DNA from: an uncultured Nitrososphaerales archaeon
GTDB taxonomy: Archaea; Thermoproteota; Nitrososphaeria; Nitrososphaerales; Nitrososphaeraceae
Direction: 5' to 3'
Assembly: GCA_963841565.1 (NCBI GenBank)
Contig: CAWJCY010000012.1
Span: 64,001 to 128,000 of the forward strand
Length of the DNA: 64,000 bases
The notes below the pieces were generated by a model. That model saw only the letters and a list, made by a program, of their open reading frames with translations. It was not told the DNA's origin and did no database searches. Positions 1 to 10,468 of this stretch are shown here, one piece after another (position 1 is the first letter of the stretch; each line of letters starts with the position of its first letter). A program made the position numbers and the translations under genes.

Positions 1-117
1 AGTGCAGAAAAGATAATGAATAATGCACTAGAAAAAATCAAAAGTGCGATCACTCAGGAGAAAGGAACCTTTGAATTCAAGAGAGACCAATCCAGAAAGG
101 TTCACTCGCAGATATGA
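1..117 (+). CDS. eif2a: Translation initiation factor 2 alpha subunit, C-terminal fragment (runs off window start)
   Basis: Frame 1 reads SAEKIMNNALEKIKSAITQEKGTFEFKRDQSRKVHSQI*; overlaps nop10 start (ATGA), the conserved archaeal aIF2alpha-nop10 order. Confidence 0.8.
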   Translation, partial: SAEKIMNNALEKIKSAITQEKGTFEFKRDQSRKVHSQI

Positions 118-278
118 AGAAGCATCTTATGCGACTCTGCAATGGTTGCTTTAAGTACACCTTGAAACCGAATTGTCCAGTGTGTGGGTCTATCACCATC
201 AATCCACATCCGCCAAGATATTCTCCAGATGACAAATATGTACGGTACAGGGTCTCGGACAGGTATTCAGTTACTTAG
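114..278 (+). CDS. nop10: H/ACA RNP protein Nop10 (54 aa, missed by ORF track)
   Basis: MKKHLMRLCNGCFKYTLKPNCPVCGSITINPHPPRYSPDDKYVRYR: CxxC-YTL-CPxCG-HPPRYSPDDKY signature. Confidence 0.95.
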   Translation: MKKHLMRLCNGCFKYTLKPNCPVCGSITINPHPPRYSPDDKYVRYRVSDRYSVT

Positions 279-467
279 CACTCGGACCGATTACCCGTCC
301 AATTGTCCGCAAATCTATAGGAATCGCAGCCAGAAAATGAACATTGCTGACTTGAATTAAATCCTTAGGGTCCCTGGAATACCACTTAGAATCTTCGCTA
401 GCCCGTTATCGGATGTTTCCAGATCCCACCTGATCACGGTCTAGTAGTTATTATCTCAAGCTCATGA

Positions 468-983
468 TTAACCTTGAGGACCAGAAGTCTGGGGTCTTGT
501 CATATTTATCAAGTTATCTGCTGCAAATCCGGTCGCATTAGTATTCACGGTCTGTTCAATAACAGCCCTCATAGCTGTGTCATTTGTCGAGTCGCCTGTC
601 ATATTCTGTGCGCCTGTTACGTTTTGTGTGTCTGTCATGCCAGTGGTGTTAGACACATTGTCGGACATATTACCAGTAATTGTTTCAATCTGCTGACGTG
701 CGGCAAAACTAGTCGCGTTAGTATTTTCTATCTCTCTAATCACGGCTTCCATTTGAGAGAGAGGACCAAATGACTCAACTAATGACTCTCCTGTCCGATT
801 TGCCATACTCAGATTGGATAATGGTGAAAGATTCGTAGAATTAGAAGGGGAAGCTACAGGAAATTGTTGTGCATGCACGTTTAGGACATAAAGATTTAGC
901 ACGAGCTGCATGCTCGAAATTGAAGCTAAAATAGCAAAACTCATTAAAGTCATTATGACTGATCGCTTCGTAAATTTGTTCAT
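468..983 (-). CDS. Secreted low-complexity N/T/S-rich protein with a duplicated motif
   Basis: Basic N-region, hydrophobic stretch, VHA|QQ cleavage site; many N-x-S/T sequons; two copies of MxAVIxxxxNTNATxFAA. Confidence 0.7.
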   Translation of the reverse strand: MNKFTKRSVIMTLMSFAILASISSMQLVLNLYVLNVHAQQFPVASPSNSTNLSPLSNLSMANRTGESLVESFGPLSQMEAVIREIENTNATSFAARQQIETITGNMSDNVSNTTGMTDTQNVTGAQNMTGDSTNDTAMRAVIEQTVNTNATGFAADNLINMTRPQTSGPQG

Positions 984-1140
984 TGATGAACAACATTTGT
1001 CATTAGATTTATTTATTTCTACCTTCTATTCTATTGGATAGTACAGTTAGAATAATATTCTCTGAACGTCGAATAGTCAAAATATCATAAAAAAGTTATG
1101 GTGAGTTTGTTCACCTCTTCGATTTATCCGTAGATATCAC

Positions 1141-1917
1141 CTATCTACCTATACAGATCCCACTTGGATTGCTTACTTGGCAGTTGTTGTCGGTAAACTG
1201 GTTGTTGTTAATGTTAGGCGGCAGGCCGTTGGCATTGTTCACATCGATGACATTTTCTAGAACATTATTGGCTACGGCACTATTTCCTGAGCTCTGTGCA
1301 TCAAAGAAAGCGCCATTTTGGCTTCCGTCAATATTGTTCATTGAAACCTCAGATTGTTGAGTATTCACAAAAGTAATTCCTGCAAGAAGATTTCCGCTCA
1401 TCAAGTTGGAAGTCAATGTAGCACCTGAACTAGAATGTGTAGCCACACCTAGACTGTTTTGTTTGACGATGTTCTGTTGTATCTCCGTATTCTCAGAACC
1501 TGTCATGAATACTCCGATTTGATTGCTGTCTAATATCAGGGATGACATCTTCATTCCGTTGGCTCCCGTAACGAGGACACCAGCTTGGAAGTTACTTATC
1601 GAACCTGGTCCATTAATGACGACATTATCGTTGTTCGGAACCATTATTCCTACCTTAGAGCTATCAGGTCCTGGACCAGTGATTGAGTATCCGTTCATGT
1701 TTACCACTGTATTATCACCACCAATAATGAGACCGTCTCCGCTGCAGTCAAGATTTGCTGTTAGGTTTACCAATCCGCTGACAACCTGTCCACATGCGGC
1801 GTTAGTTGCTACCGGTTGTACTTGTGCCATTATTGGCAATGAAGGCATTGCTAGGCCACCAATTGCCATTAGTGACAGAATTGTTGCTACCATGTATGAC
1901 ACAATAGTTCGTTTCAT
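1141..1917 (-). CDS. Secreted right-handed parallel beta-helix protein (NosD/pectin-lyase-like)
   Basis: Signal peptide; CG..LTANLDC.GDGL N-cap; Asn-ladder repeats (NxxG); C-terminal NxCxxSxPSGIC. Confidence 0.85.
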   Translation of the reverse strand: MKRTIVSYMVATILSLMAIGGLAMPSLPIMAQVQPVATNAACGQVVSGLVNLTANLDCSGDGLIIGGDNTVVNMNGYSITGPGPDSSKVGIMVPNNDNVVINGPGSISNFQAGVLVTGANGMKMSSLILDSNQIGVFMTGSENTEIQQNIVKQNSLGVATHSSSGATLTSNLMSGNLLAGITFVNTQQSEVSMNNIDGSQNGAFFDAQSSGNSAVANNVLENVIDVNNANGLPPNINNNQFTDNNCQVSNPSGICIGR

Positions 1918-2223
1918 TCAAAAAACGCTAGCAGATATACTATATATGCGAAACTCCGATATGTACTAAATCTCTGCTTCTTGTCTATCGAATATAAGTA
2001 TGTGATTAGGTCATTGTTTTTATGTTACTTGCTCAAGAAATAACGAAGATGTAAGATTGCTTGCAATACAATCCTATATCAATCCAAGTTGGGCTGCCTA
2101 AGCAGGCAGTTCTATAATGAGGATCCGCTCAACGGCACAGTACTTTCAATCCCCGCTTCTTCAATTGCAATAGAAGGAACTTGTGGGATAGGTTTTTAGA
2201 TGCAACACAGAAAGATCAATTGT

Positions 2224-3264
2224 ATGCGTATTGCGATCGTTGGCGCCGGTGTCGCTGGAAGTTATCTAGCATGTATGATATCAAAGATGGGCCATGGAGT
2301 TGAGGTGTATGAAACAAATGACGAGGGAGCACACTGGCCAATATGCGCATGGGGGGGATCAAAGAACATGCTTGCAAAATTCTCGCAGCAGGCTGGACTT
2401 GAATTCAGTGAATATATTACCCATACTGGACGCACACTAAGGATTGATCTTCCGGGAAACAAAGTGGAATACTTAGAGCTAAAGGGTTTGGTTACCTATA
2501 ACAAACTCAAATGGGAATCAGATTTACTTCGAGGAGTCAAGGTTTCCTACGGAATGAAATGCAATCTGAAAAGCCCGATATTGACTGAATTTGATTTAGT
2601 AATTGACTGCACCGGATTTCATCGATCGCTGTTGCCTAGATCTGAAGAGGATTTTATTATACCCGCCTACGAATATTTAGTTGAAAATATTCTGGACATT
2701 GAAGATTTTTACGTGATTGGATATAAAGGTGCTCGAGGTTACTTCTGGTGCTTCCCCTTAAGTAAAGGAGAGGCTTTTGTAGGAGCTGGTGATTTGGACA
2801 GGAAATATTATGGGATCGCAGAGTTCATGGCTAGACATCCAGAATGCACTATCAGGAAAAAGATAGGAAGGCCGATACGACTGGCCCCTCCTCGAAGAAT
2901 GCAACCATTCTATTGTAAAAATATCGTTGGTGTTGGAGAGTCTATTGGCTGTGTGTTTCCAATGCTTGGAGAGGGGATTATTCCATCTCTAATATGTTGT
3001 GACATATTCCTGCATCAGCTTGCCAGTTGCAATAAACCTGAAGATAGATTTGACTTCAAGCAGTACTCTACCAAAGTTCTCAAACGGTTCAGATATTATG
3101 ATGATGTTTACCGAATTATACGACTTAAAATGGAGTCATCATTGAATATGCTAAGACACTTTAAACTGATGATGAACATGTACCAAAATATGAAAAGAGA
3201 AGAAGATAGATTTGGATTTGAGGTCAGTCTGGCTAAAATGAACAGGTTTGTAAATGCACTTTAA
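2224..3264 (+). CDS. FAD-dependent oxidoreductase, geranylgeranyl-reductase-like
   Basis: MRIAIVGAGVAG Rossmann motif; GYFWCFP; GESIGCVFPMLGEGI (variant of GDAAG..P..GxG). Confidence 0.8.
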   Translation: MRIAIVGAGVAGSYLACMISKMGHGVEVYETNDEGAHWPICAWGGSKNMLAKFSQQAGLEFSEYITHTGRTLRIDLPGNKVEYLELKGLVTYNKLKWESDLLRGVKVSYGMKCNLKSPILTEFDLVIDCTGFHRSLLPRSEEDFIIPAYEYLVENILDIEDFYVIGYKGARGYFWCFPLSKGEAFVGAGDLDRKYYGIAEFMARHPECTIRKKIGRPIRLAPPRRMQPFYCKNIVGVGESIGCVFPMLGEGIIPSLICCDIFLHQLASCNKPEDRFDFKQYSTKVLKRFRYYDDVYRIIRLKMESSLNMLRHFKLMMNMYQNMKREEDRFGFEVSLAKMNRFVNAL

Positions 3265-3712
3265 ATTAAGCCAGCCAACTTCCATGTATCGCTGACAATA
3301 TTCCACAATTCCAATTCGCAATTTCAACAGGATCAGATATTTGAAACGATCTAGATCTTTAGAACTAGACTATTCTAACCTTCTCGACTTCAAAATAATA
3401 GATATTTGCTCACTGAACGTTAGGCGATCTTCGTCGTAACAATATCCATTCACAACCGAATGTAACTGAACAATGGAAAGCTATGAAGTGAATCACATCG
3501 CGGGAATATTAAAGACCTTGTAATTGGACAAAAAATGAGTTTCAAAGAAGATGATTACTTACTCTGACTAGTCAATTTGGTCTCCATTTTGAAATCATAT
3601 TGTGACATTTCTACGTTTGAAAAAATCGATCTCCTCCAAAGGATTATGAATGGAACGAGGCTCAGAATAATAGAATGAAAAGTAGCCCGAGAGGAAATGC
3701 TTAGCATCTTTA

Positions 3713-4573
3713 CTAGCGATTTTTCTGACGTTTCCTACCGGATATGGCTGAAATCATTCTTCTTTTTTGAATTTCCCTAACGAACTTTCGAAGCTGATCA
3801 TCATACAATCGATCGTAACCGACTGTCTTTGGTTTGTATGAGAGATAATAGTATATCATATTGAATGCTCCAATCCTCCCAGTTACCTCTCCAGTTGCAA
3901 GATACTTCGCAAATCTCCCCCATACAAAGACCGGGTGATATCCTAGCGTCTTCATGCTCGCACCGAATTCATAGAACTTGTGATGTTTTCCCAGAGGTCG
4001 AGAATGTTGAAACTTAGCTTCAGTTAGTATTGAATAGCGGTATCCGAGCCGTTCTGCCTCATAAAGTATCGCTGACTCGTACCCCATTAACTCAGGATAT
4101 AGTCCTCCCCAGTGAGTCTGTTCAAAAAATGAGTTTCGTACAAATCTCCCAGCACCATGGGGCTTTTCAGGCAAGTGTTTAGTGTAATTACCTGACGCGA
4201 TGGCAATGCTTGAATTATTATCCATAAAGTCAACCAACTGCTTAGCATATCTAGATGGATAGGTTGTATCATCTGTTGCAATCATGTGATAGGTCGTGTG
4301 GGTAAGTTCCTTGCTTTTCGAGTATGTGATGGCTTCGTTCCAGTTTCTGACGACTCTGCTAATATCATAGCCCAAATCATTCTGCGTTATGACATAAAGT
4401 GATTGCCAGTTTTGTTTGGTCTGAGTCAAGATCTCCGAAGTTTTGTCGGTCGACCCATCATCCACAACAATCACATATTGTGGAGCTAATGTCTGATTTC
4501 TTAATGACATTAGAGCAGCACGAATATCATCCTCAGAATTTCTACAAGTAACAATCGCGAAATAGGTACCCAT
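3713..4573 (-). CDS. Glycosyltransferase family 2
   Basis: N-terminal VTCRN, VIVVDDGSTD, TDD (DxD-like) motif. Confidence 0.9.
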   Translation of the reverse strand: MGTYFAIVTCRNSEDDIRAALMSLRNQTLAPQYVIVVDDGSTDKTSEILTQTKQNWQSLYVITQNDLGYDISRVVRNWNEAITYSKSKELTHTTYHMIATDDTTYPSRYAKQLVDFMDNNSSIAIASGNYTKHLPEKPHGAGRFVRNSFFEQTHWGGLYPELMGYESAILYEAERLGYRYSILTEAKFQHSRPLGKHHKFYEFGASMKTLGYHPVFVWGRFAKYLATGEVTGRIGAFNMIYYYLSYKPKTVGYDRLYDDQLRKFVREIQKRRMISAISGRKRQKNR

Positions 4574-4709
4574 AGAATTGGGTCGATGGAAGACTAATTA
4601 AAGTTCTGTCAACCAATGTCAGGCCATTTCCTAAGCCTAAATCAGAGAAATGAAATTACAGGTTATTACATATAATCGCAGGAATCGACATTCAATCGCT
4701 TAAGAGCCG

Positions 4710-5876
4710 TCAGCAAGCCTTATACGCAGTAATAATTTGATTTTCGTGCTTCTCCCATGTCAACTTTTCTCTTGCTAATTCTCGCGTTCGTATTCGCAAA
4801 TTGTGCAGCTCTTCAGGATGCTGTTGCAAATAGTCTAGTTTATTCACTAAATCTGGATAATCGTCAAACTTCACGCAACAATCTTGGAGTGATTCGATTA
4901 CAGGAAGAATTGATGATGTACACGCTATTGCCAATCCAGCATGTGCATACTCATAGGGTTTGTTTGGATTCGTATAATAGTGCGCCCAGTGCTTCTTCCA
5001 AGGGAGCAGGCCTACAGTGTGTCTTGACATTTCAGCGAACATTTCTGGACGTGATAAGAACCCAAGAAATCTCAGATTGGAGGATGAGGAATCTGACCAA
5101 CCCGCAATTGTCAAGGGGAACCTCTTGTCATTCTCAAATAGCTCGAATAGTCCGTCCATTTGCCTTTGAGGATACATGACCTTATCGTTGCCATCACCTC
5201 CCGAATAAATACAATCGACCTGAGTTTGATACGTGGGAGAGCACATTGCCTCTACTTCTGACGATATAGGATAATTCGGGACGAGGAAAGACCTAGCATT
5301 CCGATAACGCTGGTAATCCTTTGCAATTGCTTCGGAAACCACAATAACTGGAGCAGTAGAAATAAGTTCCTTCTCCCATGCGGCCCACACACGTATCGCA
5401 TATCTATCGATTAAACGCCTTCTTATTCTATTCATTCTCCTTTTCATCGAAATATTGGGTGTCTCACAGTAGATTCTACCTTGTGTTCTGATGCTGGTTT
5501 GGAATGGTTGATAATCCATCTCAAGGAGTATTTTTGATGACATAGACCAGTATTCGTGGTCATCGAAGACAAATGGTACTCCGAGTTCTGAAATTAGCTT
5601 TGCAGAATACAGATTGTGTGAATGAACTATGTCCGGGGCTTCTTGTTTCAGAATTTTCTGCAGTTGCCTTTTCACCTGCTGCCAGTAATAAGGAATGCCC
5701 AGTCGAGCTTTGCTATTCCATTCAATCTCATAAATCTTGGCAAATTTAGTTCCGTTGGTATTATTCCCTGGTTTACCCGCAAAACTGACTCTGTAACCAA
5801 GCTTCAACGCAGTAATCGCAGATTTTTCTACTCGCCAATCTGGCAGACCTTCGTGAGAGACGTGTAACACCCTCAA
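4710..5876 (-). CDS. Glycosyltransferase family 4 (GT-B)
   Basis: MRVLHV, DWRVEK, PDIVHSH, PNKPYEYAHAGLAI motif. Confidence 0.85.
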   Translation of the reverse strand: MRVLHVSHEGLPDWRVEKSAITALKLGYRVSFAGKPGNNTNGTKFAKIYEIEWNSKARLGIPYYWQQVKRQLQKILKQEAPDIVHSHNLYSAKLISELGVPFVFDDHEYWSMSSKILLEMDYQPFQTSIRTQGRIYCETPNISMKRRMNRIRRRLIDRYAIRVWAAWEKELISTAPVIVVSEAIAKDYQRYRNARSFLVPNYPISSEVEAMCSPTYQTQVDCIYSGGDGNDKVMYPQRQMDGLFELFENDKRFPLTIAGWSDSSSSNLRFLGFLSRPEMFAEMSRHTVGLLPWKKHWAHYYTNPNKPYEYAHAGLAIACTSSILPVIESLQDCCVKFDDYPDLVNKLDYLQQHPEELHNLRIRTRELAREKLTWEKHENQIITAYKAC

Positions 5877-5965
5877 ATGTATGGATGCTCAATATGCAAA
5901 TCATTTAATAAATCTACTATGGATAGCTCGTGCTAGGATAAAATTGTGGCCAATACGCTGAAATG

Positions 5966-6484
5966 CTATTTCTGTCCTTGTTCGATTGGTGGTTCCTTAT
6001 AATCAGAGATACTAGCTTCGGTAGGTTGATCAACGCGATCTTGATTCTGACTTCCGGTTTGTTCAGTCGTCCTAGGTGGCTTTCGTACAATTTTGTGTAG
6101 CATATCCCTCATTTGCTGTTTTTCTTCTTCAGAAACCTTACCGTCAATAAGATCTATGACAAACAACCACATTGTCGCCCCTATTTCATTCTCCTTAAAT
6201 AAGGCATGTTGTTCTACTCTCCATTGAGTCTTGCGATGCCAATAACCAATGACGATTGCTACTGGTACGTATGCCGAAACAAATATGACTGCGAAAATCC
6301 AGATACTTCCGAATGTATCCTTTAAAACAGGTACTTGATTAATAAGAAGTCCGTATTGTATCGTGACGAAATTTGCAAAAGTCATCAAGAATATTAGATA
6401 AATACTATGACCATTTCGAAAATCTAGCCATCGCCTTCTGGTCCAGTTACTGGCTAAAGATTTCATTAAGGATTTAGAGTCCAC
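5966..6484 (-). CDS. Hypothetical 2-TM membrane protein
   Basis: Two hydrophobic helices; co-oriented within the glycosyltransferase locus. Confidence 0.7.
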   Translation of the reverse strand: MDSKSLMKSLASNWTRRRWLDFRNGHSIYLIFLMTFANFVTIQYGLLINQVPVLKDTFGSIWIFAVIFVSAYVPVAIVIGYWHRKTQWRVEQHALFKENEIGATMWLFVIDLIDGKVSEEEKQQMRDMLHKIVRKPPRTTEQTGSQNQDRVDQPTEASISDYKEPPIEQGQK

Positions 6485-6562
6485 ACTTCATATAGAGCAG
6501 AATACCGTTAAAATACATTACTTATCTCGACTGTGATAGATTTCGTACAACAAACCTGATTC

Positions 6563-8148
6563 CTAATGAACAAGACTCACATTTTTGGGGGATTCCCATA
6601 TTCTGTAAACGGTAAACAGGCTATTTGAGTAAGCCTCGACTCCTTCGAAAACTGAATTCGTCCTCTTACGAATGGGATCTTCACTTACATTCGTATGAAT
6701 CAGGTAACCTTGAACGTTAGGGGGGTTAGTCGTATTTCTGAATATCTCCTCTATCCCATCATAGGCGACAAAACTTCTATTTCCTGTTAATTCTAAAATG
6801 AACCATCCTCTCCAGTCAGTACTTCCAATAATTTTCGATCGGGCTGGTGTGTTTTCATTTACCCAATGAATTATATCCAAAATCTTAGGGGATTGATCTA
6901 CTTTGACTGAATTAAATTGCATAGATTTTGGAGCAAAACCTCGGATGTTCTTATCAAAAAGACCAATCACTGAAACTTGTGCTTCATATGGGAACACGGC
7001 GTATATAATTCCAAATTGTACAAAAATGAGAAAAATAATACTTGAAGCTAGGAGATATAAGTAGGTATTTCTTAGCCTGGTTGATATCATTTGGGTGGTT
7101 CTAACAAACCCGTAACCTGCAAAGATTGAAAGGGATATTCCGAGGAGTAAGATCCATCTATCTGCAACCAATTCCCGTGCGTAAGGAAGCACTAGCCAGG
7201 TCATTGAGCCCACCAAAGCAACTATGAGACTGATCTTCAATAACGGCTCTTTCAATTGTAAATAACCGACAATAGCCAAAGGAACAAGCAAAATGTTAAG
7301 AGCTATAAAATAGGAAAAAAGGTTAGTGTGATTGTAACTATCATTTGACGTTCCTTGTTCGCCAAAGATTTGATCATCCACGCCTGCGTTTGTGATACTG
7401 CGGATCGAAGAACTAATGATTGAATATCCATCACCGGTAACAGCTAAAAATACGATAAATGAGGCTAGGGCGACTAAAAGGCTTATCGCTATTGTCTTCT
7501 CTCTGTAAAGTATGGTACAAATACAGTAGACAACAATAAGCCAAAGCCCAACCATTCTATCGGAGACAACCGAAAGTATAGTAAATGAAAGGCATGATAC
7601 TATGGCTAGAGAAGGAAATTTGCTTGGATTAGTATTTCGTTGCTGTATTAAGATCGAAATGGCAAAGAACATCATAGTGAGCGAGAACATATCCCTGTGC
7701 AAATCCCAAGCAGTTCTTAGAACTGGGATTTGCACGATAACAAATAATGAAATCAGTACTGCATAAAGATTATTATCATTCCTCATTATCGCCTTTGCCA
7801 ATGAAAGGATTGATACTGCAAAAAGACCGAAAATAAAGGTTGCAAATGTAGAAACGGTACCTGTACAGATAAGCCTGTTAAATTCTGTACTAGGTGAAGA
7901 ACTGAAGTATACAATGGATAGTCTATTAATATGACATTCCATTCATTTTCAAAGTTCGATAACATTGGGATATAGTAATTTATAACATCATAACCTATAG
8001 GATATGGATAAGCAATTGATTCAGCAACACTCTTCAAAGACACAGCAGAGAAGAAAACGATCAGGTAGATAGGAAGATCCTTTCGAGAAAAGATCCTAAT
8101 TTCACGGAACGAAAGATTGTTTTCCAATAAAGAATTACGTAATTTCAA
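6563..8148 (-). CDS. Polytopic membrane protein, GT-C/STT3-like; split by a frameshift near 7860
   Basis: ORF 7786..8148 (TM1 + YPYPIGYDVINYY loop) joins ORF 6563..7942 (many TMs, C-terminal WVNENTPARSKIIGSTDWRGW) at LSVQ/TVSTFA. Confidence 0.65.
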
Positions 8149-8226
8149 ATAAACCGCTCTCGAGTCGCACTTACCAAATTATTGTGCATCTTATCAAGAG
8201 GTGATCCCAGATACTCACTGACACTT

Positions 8227-9441
8227 TCACACATGATGTGAGGGATTCATTTCGGAAGTCACAAAAATCCTGTACCACACCTCTAGACTTAGAATCTGCA
8301 ACAGCTTGCTAATATATCTAAGATCAACATTTTCGTCAATTCGCTTGAGCGATCTAAAGTACCAATTTTTATCTATGATACTATCTTCGAATATACGTCC
8401 TTTATCCAATAGCATAGTAACCGTTTCTCTGCCGAAGCTATTCCAAAGATTTACAAGGTCCATACCATATCCAACTTTCATATTCATTCTCTTGAAAGAA
8501 TCTGGGGCATAAATTTGTAGAATTTCACGTAGTGGAAGTTTTCCTACGTTGGAATCCGCACTATATTTCATTTCCGATGGCAAATCGAATCCCAGCTCCA
8601 CGACATCGTTATCCAGGAGAGGGGAAATTCCCTGCAGTTTAAAGGAACGGAAATATTTGTCATTGGTAGGTACGAAATCATGCATAAGTTTGCCGTTGTA
8701 GTCGGCCAGCATCACCTGATCCAACGGTTTAAGGTTATTGTTGAAATATGAAGTGAGAAGAGAGTAGATCGGAGACCAATCAAACTTCAACTCCTTGGCA
8801 AACATTTTATGTTGATCGGGGACCCAATCCCTTTCATGACACGATAGGTACAACTTGGCTAGTTCTAAGGAGCTCGTATTTCGATCGCATGTTTGGAGAA
8901 ATTTCTTGTATCGAAAGGTATAACCGGCAAAGACTTCATCGCCTCCGTCCCCCGTGAACAACAGATTAGAGATAGACTTTGCTTTCTTTATAAAGTAGTA
9001 CTGGTAAAGGTTCCACCTCGGTTCTCTGATGATGTTTATCATCGCAGGCAAGTCGCGAAGGGGATTTTCCACGTATACTTGGTGGAAATCCGCACCTTTC
9101 TTTTCTGCGATCTCCTTGGCTTCAATGGCCTCGTTCTTTTCATCAAAACTCACGTTAATGCAATCCAACTCTAAACTAGGAAATTCTTCACGTAACAGAC
9201 ACAGGACTAGGTTAGAGTCCACGCCTGCACTCAATGCAACACAGAGTTTATTTTGGTTAAATTTGTCTACTTCTCTTCGAATTACAGCTCTGATTTTGGT
9301 CTCAAGAATACGAACAGAAACCAAGTTCTGTTTTAAATAAGATTTAGAGACATCAGTAACAGATACATCTCTTAATCTAAAAGTAGGAACATAAATATCC
9401 ATGGGGTCGTACCTGAGAGTCAGCAATGGAAAAAGGTTCAT
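8227..9441 (-). CDS. Asparagine synthase C-terminal (synthetase) domain protein without glutaminase domain
   Basis: ALSAGVDS PP-loop, TGDGGDEVFAGY, SPLLD, K.GYG; only about 65 aa precede the PP-loop. Confidence 0.85.
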   Translation of the reverse strand: MNLFPLLTLRYDPMDIYVPTFRLRDVSVTDVSKSYLKQNLVSVRILETKIRAVIRREVDKFNQNKLCVALSAGVDSNLVLCLLREEFPSLELDCINVSFDEKNEAIEAKEIAEKKGADFHQVYVENPLRDLPAMINIIREPRWNLYQYYFIKKAKSISNLLFTGDGGDEVFAGYTFRYKKFLQTCDRNTSSLELAKLYLSCHERDWVPDQHKMFAKELKFDWSPIYSLLTSYFNNNLKPLDQVMLADYNGKLMHDFVPTNDKYFRSFKLQGISPLLDNDVVELGFDLPSEMKYSADSNVGKLPLREILQIYAPDSFKRMNMKVGYGMDLVNLWNSFGRETVTMLLDKGRIFEDSIIDKNWYFRSLKRIDENVDLRYISKLLQILSLEVWYRIFVTSEMNPSHHV

Positions 9442-9488
9442 TTGATTGGTATTCTCTGTTTCAAGTCCATTATGCCATATGGTATTTA

Positions 9489-10385
9489 TTATTGTTGGCT
9501 CTGCGAGTACGCCCGGTCCAGTTGCCTTAGAAGCCTGCTTGCTGAATGATATTTTTCAACGTATAGTCGTCCTGCTTTGGACAACTTGCGCTGCTCCTCG
9601 ATGTCATTTAAAATAGATTCTAAATCGCTCTTGAATGTATCCTTAGTTGTTCTGTAAATCGGCGGATCATAGCGCTGAAATAGCTCCGAGCTAATGTAGG
9701 CGACAACCGGTTTGCCTAGTGCCATGGCTTCCAACTCGAATTTCCCGAACCATCCGATTTGAGGTAGTATTTTCCCAACAACAAGATCACAAGAAGAAAG
9801 TATAGTCAATACTTCACTGCGGGGGATATCAAATATGGTCACTATCTCACATTTGCCTTCCTTTTGTAGCTGTCGAAGTGTACTTGAGTATAAATCTCCG
9901 TACTTCTGGTACAATCGGTAATGAGGATAGTGGGCAACAATTGGCTTTCTAGAAGGACTTAAACCATCGAAATTGCGGGGAGTATAAACAAGATGATCTA
10001 GATCCAGTGGAGTAGGAAACCACTCGCCGTTGGGAGCAAACTCCAATAAATCAGGCGTTGAGACCAAACAAAAATCACTGTCATATTTTCCCCTCAAGTC
10101 ATCTCCGTGGTAATGCTTAAGGCAAATCCTGTTTTCTTTCCGTTTCTCCAATGCCCTTTTTAGGGACCCGTAAGGGTAGTGATAATGCCAGATATCATAT
10201 CCTTTTAGTTTCCTGTAGAATCTCCATCTTGATAATGGAAAATAGTAACTCACCTTTTCTCCTCCGAATTGCCTGTGCAGGTATTTGTTGAAGACAAATA
10301 CGTCGGATTCATTTCCTGATAGTCGCTGATGCCTGCTCAAGATCGACGCAATTCCGGCGGTATTATTTACATGAGCGATTCTCAT
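9489..10385 (-). CDS. Glycosyltransferase family 4-like
   Basis: MRIAHV; YDIWHYH; FGKFELEAMALGKPVV. Confidence 0.85.
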   Translation of the reverse strand: MRIAHVNNTAGIASILSRHQRLSGNESDVFVFNKYLHRQFGGEKVSYYFPLSRWRFYRKLKGYDIWHYHYPYGSLKRALEKRKENRICLKHYHGDDLRGKYDSDFCLVSTPDLLEFAPNGEWFPTPLDLDHLVYTPRNFDGLSPSRKPIVAHYPHYRLYQKYGDLYSSTLRQLQKEGKCEIVTIFDIPRSEVLTILSSCDLVVGKILPQIGWFGKFELEAMALGKPVVAYISSELFQRYDPPIYRTTKDTFKSDLESILNDIEEQRKLSKAGRLYVEKYHSASRLLRQLDRAYSQSQQ

Positions 10386-10468
10386 ATTAGGGTGACCTAA
10401 AAATTTCTCATAAACTAAACACCAAGCCCATCACTATTACCATTATGAGAACCAAAGTCTTTGGATTC

